Of a stretch of 64,000 bases of DNA, positions 59,340 through 64,000 are shown piece after piece. How positions within the stretch are numbered: the first letter of the stretch is position 1; each line of letters begins with the position of its first letter. Under the pieces are notes generated by a model. It saw only the letters and a list, made by a program, of their open reading frames with translations. It made no database searches and was not told the DNA's origin. Origin of the DNA: Obrimoposthia wandeli (Eukaryota); contig CDROCS010004943.1 of assembly GCA_977020255.1 (NCBI GenBank), forward strand, positions 310,001 through 374,000, written 5' to 3'. Both the position numbers and the translations under genes were made by a program.

Positions 59340-59720
59340 ACACCTTATTGATGAGATAATTACAATGCTAATGTATGCAAATAACATACCAAGACTGGAT
59401 TTTCAACATTATTTACATTTTAAAATTCCAATTTATCAATTAAATCGCTTAAAGAAAATTTTAAACGAAGTGGTCAGAATTATATCGAAATTAAAGAAAA
59501 GTGCTAGTACAGGTGAACACTTAATGAAGATGCACTGTCTACCGATAAATGCCAAAATTGAATTCAATCTCCTGCTTATTATCAAAAATTGTCTTTTCTC
59601 ACAAATATTTATATAATCTTCTTAAGCCTGATGCAGAGAGTATCTATATGCATCTAAGGAGCAACGATGATGGCAGCAAAGTCTTAAATAATAAACATAG
59701 TGATGGAGTATATGAAATTT
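59340..59720 (+). pseudogene. L2/CR1-type non-LTR RT C-terminal remnant
   Basis: IPRLDF..LNRLKKILNEVVRII..HLMKMHCLPINAKIEFNLLLI..YLYNLL..HLRS (RLDYCN..KLQ..AARLI..LHWLPI..RI.FK.L..YL..LL..LRS pattern). Confidence 0.7.
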
Positions 59721-61194
59721 ATAATCCGAATCTTTACCGTGTTGAAGACTTTACTATTCAGAAAATATAACGAAGTATATTAAAAAACAGGAAGTGCATT
59801 TGATTATTTTTTAAAAATAATATAATTAGTATAGCACTGAAATAAAAAATAAAAAAGTAAAATCAAATAGGTATGAACATTTTGATTGAAAATAGTCAGT
59901 ATCATTAATTAGTATTAAATAGTGATTCATATATGTATGCTATACATAAGATTGTTTCTAAATTATGGTATGCATTCTAAAGTTTAATATTATTAATTAC
60001 GAAAAGTTATTTAAATGACTTGTTATAGTATACTACAAATATATCTTCAAACATTAGTGTTTTAAAAAGAATGTCAAATATTAGTAACGGTAAAATATTA
60101 TTTTGTACCATAAAATGTAAAATGATCCTATTTGTAATGTTAAGAAAAGTGCTTATATATTGAGAGAACTTGTGTTTCTGTCGTCCAGTTCGTTAGTAGT
60201 TAGCCCCCCTATTTGCATTATCGAAAACACTAAATCCAGAGTGTTTGTTGATCAACATTGATGATAAAGTTGTTTATACACTGATTTAGAAGTACCATGT
60301 TCGAATTGTACGAAAGTAAAATGATATTTTGTTAATATAACTTATAGAGTCCTCCGAGAGAATAGGATCATTTTACTTAGTTCAAGAAAAAAATGAAAAC
60401 CAGGGGAATGTCTATAGTGTTCAAAAGAAAGAAGCAAGTAGTTAGAGGACCAGAGAATTTGGTTAATCAGTGTTTGGCATCTGAACATTTAGTCACAAAG
60501 ATTCTCTTACACTATTAAGACCATTCAGTGTCAATTTAGGAGTTGGGTAGAGGGCGGATTCTCATCTAAAGAATATTTCCTCAAAGTAGTGCTTATATGA
60601 GACTAGTTCAACGAGACGAGTGCCTGTTATTGGATCGTTGTTTTTCTTTAGAACGTTAGAAGCATCAACATTATCAAGACATCTAGACTTTATCAAAGAC
60701 ATATAACAACAAGACACTTAACAGAAAGACTTAATATAAGCAAATGATCCCAGTTATTAATAATGAAGGAATTATGACTATTAAATCTATCATCTCGATT
60801 AGTTCTGGATTTTTTTAATTTGTGGATTATGTGACTGCATATATTATTATTCTCGTTTCAATATAGGGTTATTTGATAAATTTGGTGGTGCTTTTTTTCC
60901 AGAAACAATGGAAAGATCAAAGGATTGGATATTTCCCGGAGAATCGTGTTATAAGAAGTTAAGATCTTAAGCTTCTAACAGTAAATGCCTAATGCTAACG
61001 ATATTTTGGAATTTCTTCAGTGTAATTTCGGTAGATTATGCAGAAAGCAGTGTAAAATTAAATTTGTCTTATTACGAAGAATTAGTAAAAGATAGCTCAG
61101 GAAAATTGACGCAAACCAAGAAACCAAGATTTACACATTTTACAAGACAATGATAATATTTAAAACTGAAATTAATGATCTTAATTTCATTTCG

Positions 61195-61503
61195 CTTCCA
61201 CGTCCATCATATGCACCGAGTGATTTTTATTTGTTTCGCTACTAGAAGAAATTTTTTAGAGGAGAAACCTTTAATGATACAGATCTTTTGCGTCAAAACT
61301 GTTGCAACTCCTTTAAAACATTTGGAACCGGAGTTCTTCAACAAAACCTTTCAGAAGTTATTAAGACACTAGAAAAAATGTGTTATATAAAGAAAAATAA
61401 TTTCCTTTTGATGATGTAGTTTTTAAATATATATAGTTTATATGTTCCTGTTTCTTTAATTATTTCCGTGTTAGTCCGGATAATTAATGAACACACCACG
61501 TAT
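61195..61503 (+). mobile_element. Mariner transposase 3' remnant with probable right TIR
   Basis: YAPSDFYLFRY*KKFFRGETF..EFFNKTFQKL..KC. Ends tccggataattaatgaacacaccacgta followed by TA. Confidence 0.7.
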
Positions 61504-63510
61504 ATTAAAATAAAATATCATTAATAACAAATGACAAAAATATGGTTATTTAAGTTATGTAAAAATGAGATTTTAATAGGTTAAAATTAATGTTGAGTCA
61601 GTACACTAGGGTTATTATAAAAAATATATAGAGGATGCTTATATGTGATTATATATGAGAAATAACATGTTTATGTGATTAAAAAAATTAATCATATAGC
61701 TTAATATTAATGTATTTCAAACTATTTTTTTCCTTTTTGTTATAATAAATTCAAATTACTTCAATAAAATTTAAAATGAAATAACACATATCATTAATTG
61801 TATGAATTTTAAATCTAAAAATCTTCAAGATTATCATAAATATTTTTATGTCAAATTTATAATGTAGGTTATCGAAAATGTTCATAAAATAAATATGAAA
61901 TATTAGTTGTCGTTATGATATCCAATGTACGTAGGGTGTCAACATCATATACTTGACAGGGTTATACGAATTATAAAGGAAAGTGCGATTCCAAACTTAT
62001 TTTAGTTAATCGAAAATTAACTATTCTTTCATAAATGAGTACATGAGTAATTATGATAAACTTCAATTAAGTGATTCGGTAAATGTAAATGTAGAAAATT
62101 ACTAGAATATAGGTATGAGAGATGATATGAAGTTCTTATAAATTTCATTTGAAGCATTTAAATATCGCGTTAAATGTAAGTTATGGCCTCTATTTGATTG
62201 TAAAAAGAATACCCCATTCATCAATTGCAGTTGAATCCAAGAGCTATTTCTGCTTTTGCATAATTTTACTAAATTCTAGCGAAATATTCCAACCAATTTG
62301 CAGTAATATATTTGGATCATGAGCACAGTTATGATTTAGTGACAACAAATTCAAACAAACTCAGAACAGAATTAGGTAATTGTTTTGACTCTTCTAAAAG
62401 GCAAAAAAATTTAACTAAGCACTGCAATCAATCATTTCGATATTCTCCGTAGTAATCAAATAGAAAAAGGTCAATAAAAGATATGCAAAATCTCATCTCA
62501 ACATCTGTCACTGACAAATATCCTACAATTACATTTTTACGTCTAAATTGATCTGTATAGTTATTTTAAAAATATATAGAATACTGTTTTATCGTGTACA
62601 TATTTTTGGGAAACATAAATCTACAATATGACAATTGTAAAACTTCGATAATTTATTTAGTTATAAGCCTTATGAACATAAATATAACTATTTTAAAAGT
62701 TATATTATTTGTTAAATATTTAAATGTTTCTAAATTTATTTGAACATCAAAGTAATTCCAAAGTAATACTATTCTTAACTAATAACTACAATTAGAATTC
62801 ATTGCCTTTAGCTTTTCATCACTCAATAAACTATTTTAAATAAAAATAAAAGTTAATGAAATTATTATTGGAAAAAAATTAGTATAACTTATTTATTAAT
62901 AAAATTTACATACATACTTAATGAAAATATTTCTTTCAAAACCAGCTCCGTTTCAAATTTTGACTCTTGTTATGACCAGTTATGAATGATAAAAAATAAT
63001 ATCATATAAATATTTTTCTTTATTTGAAATTGATTATTTAAATATTCAGAAGGTGATAGTTGGAATTATTATTATGATTGGCTTACGAAAAATTATAAAT
63101 AATGAATACTAACTGTCTACATTATAATATTTGAATAAACAAAAGTTATATAAACCATTAAATTAAAAATGACATACTTAATAGTATATGACTTGCATTA
63201 AAATTATCGGGCTAAATAAGCATAATCGGTAGATGTTTGCTTCAGCTTCGTAAGGTTCATTTCGTTATTTATAAAAATTATATTCGAACAAATGAGGCTA
63301 CATTTGCTTTCTTACGGTGCACTTGATCATAAAAAATAACTATTTCATTAAAATTTCCCATCTTGATAATTAAATGCCGCGTGGATCAAATACCTTCTCA
63401 ATTGCTGTGTTATTAATTCTATTTCCCCCTCATTTCTCCTCTTTCTCATTGACACATTATCTATCGTTCATCCCAGCTTTCTCGTCAACTAATTATTACT
63501 GATTTTTCTT

Positions 63511-63730
63511 TTAGTCCTCTATGCTACCCAACTTGTTTTCCCTCACAATATTAATAATGTCAATGAAACAGTGCAGTTTACCGTCAGATATAGTAGGAAG
63601 CATAATTTTTAATGCCCTTCTTTTAGTCCTCTATGCTACTCAACTTGTTTTCCCTCACAATATTGATAATGTCAATGAAACAGTGCAGTTTACCGTCAGA
63701 TATAGTAGGAAGCATAATTTTGAATGCCCT
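63511..63730. repeat. 112-bp tandem duplication
   Basis: Units start at 63511 and 63623 and differ at a few positions. Confidence 0.9.
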
Positions 63731-64000
63731 TGAGTATATATATTTGGAATAATTTATGAAATAATTTATAAATATTTCTTAAAGTACCACATACATAATT
63801 AGAACATGCAATAGTCATTTTAACTATACTAATACCTAACTACTGAGAATGCAGGCGATCATTACATCAAAACTTGATTTTCAAAAGTCATTAAATTAAT
63901 TACAAAAAATAAAAACGCTGTCAGAATTATATTCAAATTAAAAGAAACAATGAATTCAAGATCCTGCTTGTAATCAAAAATGCATTCTCTAATTTTAATT

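Noticed and set aside
62180-62260. hAT-like IPHSSIAVE motif
   Set aside because: Too short and decayed to support.
1-64000. Polinton major capsid and cysteine protease genes; tRNA or rRNA genes
   Set aside because: No motifs recognised by eye. A profile search could still find very decayed pieces.

Overview
AT-rich eukaryotic DNA (roughly three-quarters AT by eye) with no intact host gene that I can support. The window is a nested graveyard of Polinton/Maverick elements from at least two, probably three, terminus subfamilies. Recognisable remnants are protein-primed DNA polymerase B (several pieces), two retroviral-like integrases, a packaging ATPase, two minor capsid/penton genes, two xGG-motif core proteins, a DnaQ-like exonuclease-fold ORF and a TATA-binding-protein-like ORF. 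No major capsid or protease gene was recognised. Two Polinton genes carry short AT-only GT-AG introns. The pPolB gene reconstructs with three introns, the first separating a lone ATG from a Cys/His-rich plus acidic N-terminal extension. An acidic gene next to the terminal repeat has two introns and SIM-like motifs. A complete 1.2-kb non-autonomous Polinton with TIRs and a 6-bp TSD lies at 39922-41121. Subfamily-1 termini contain a covarying 28-bp inverted repeat. A ~4.2-kb segmental duplication (1-4197 and 25688-29664) carries a type I hammerhead ribozyme, a Gypsy integrase remnant and an X-box/E-box palindrome pair. Also present are a GC-rich intronless L-asparaginase pseudogene, two other GC-rich coding-like islands, Gypsy gag, Tc1/mariner, hAT and L2/CR1 remnants, minisatellites and recent tandem duplications. 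All family assignments come from remembered motifs, not database searches. Boundaries of decayed remnants are approximate.
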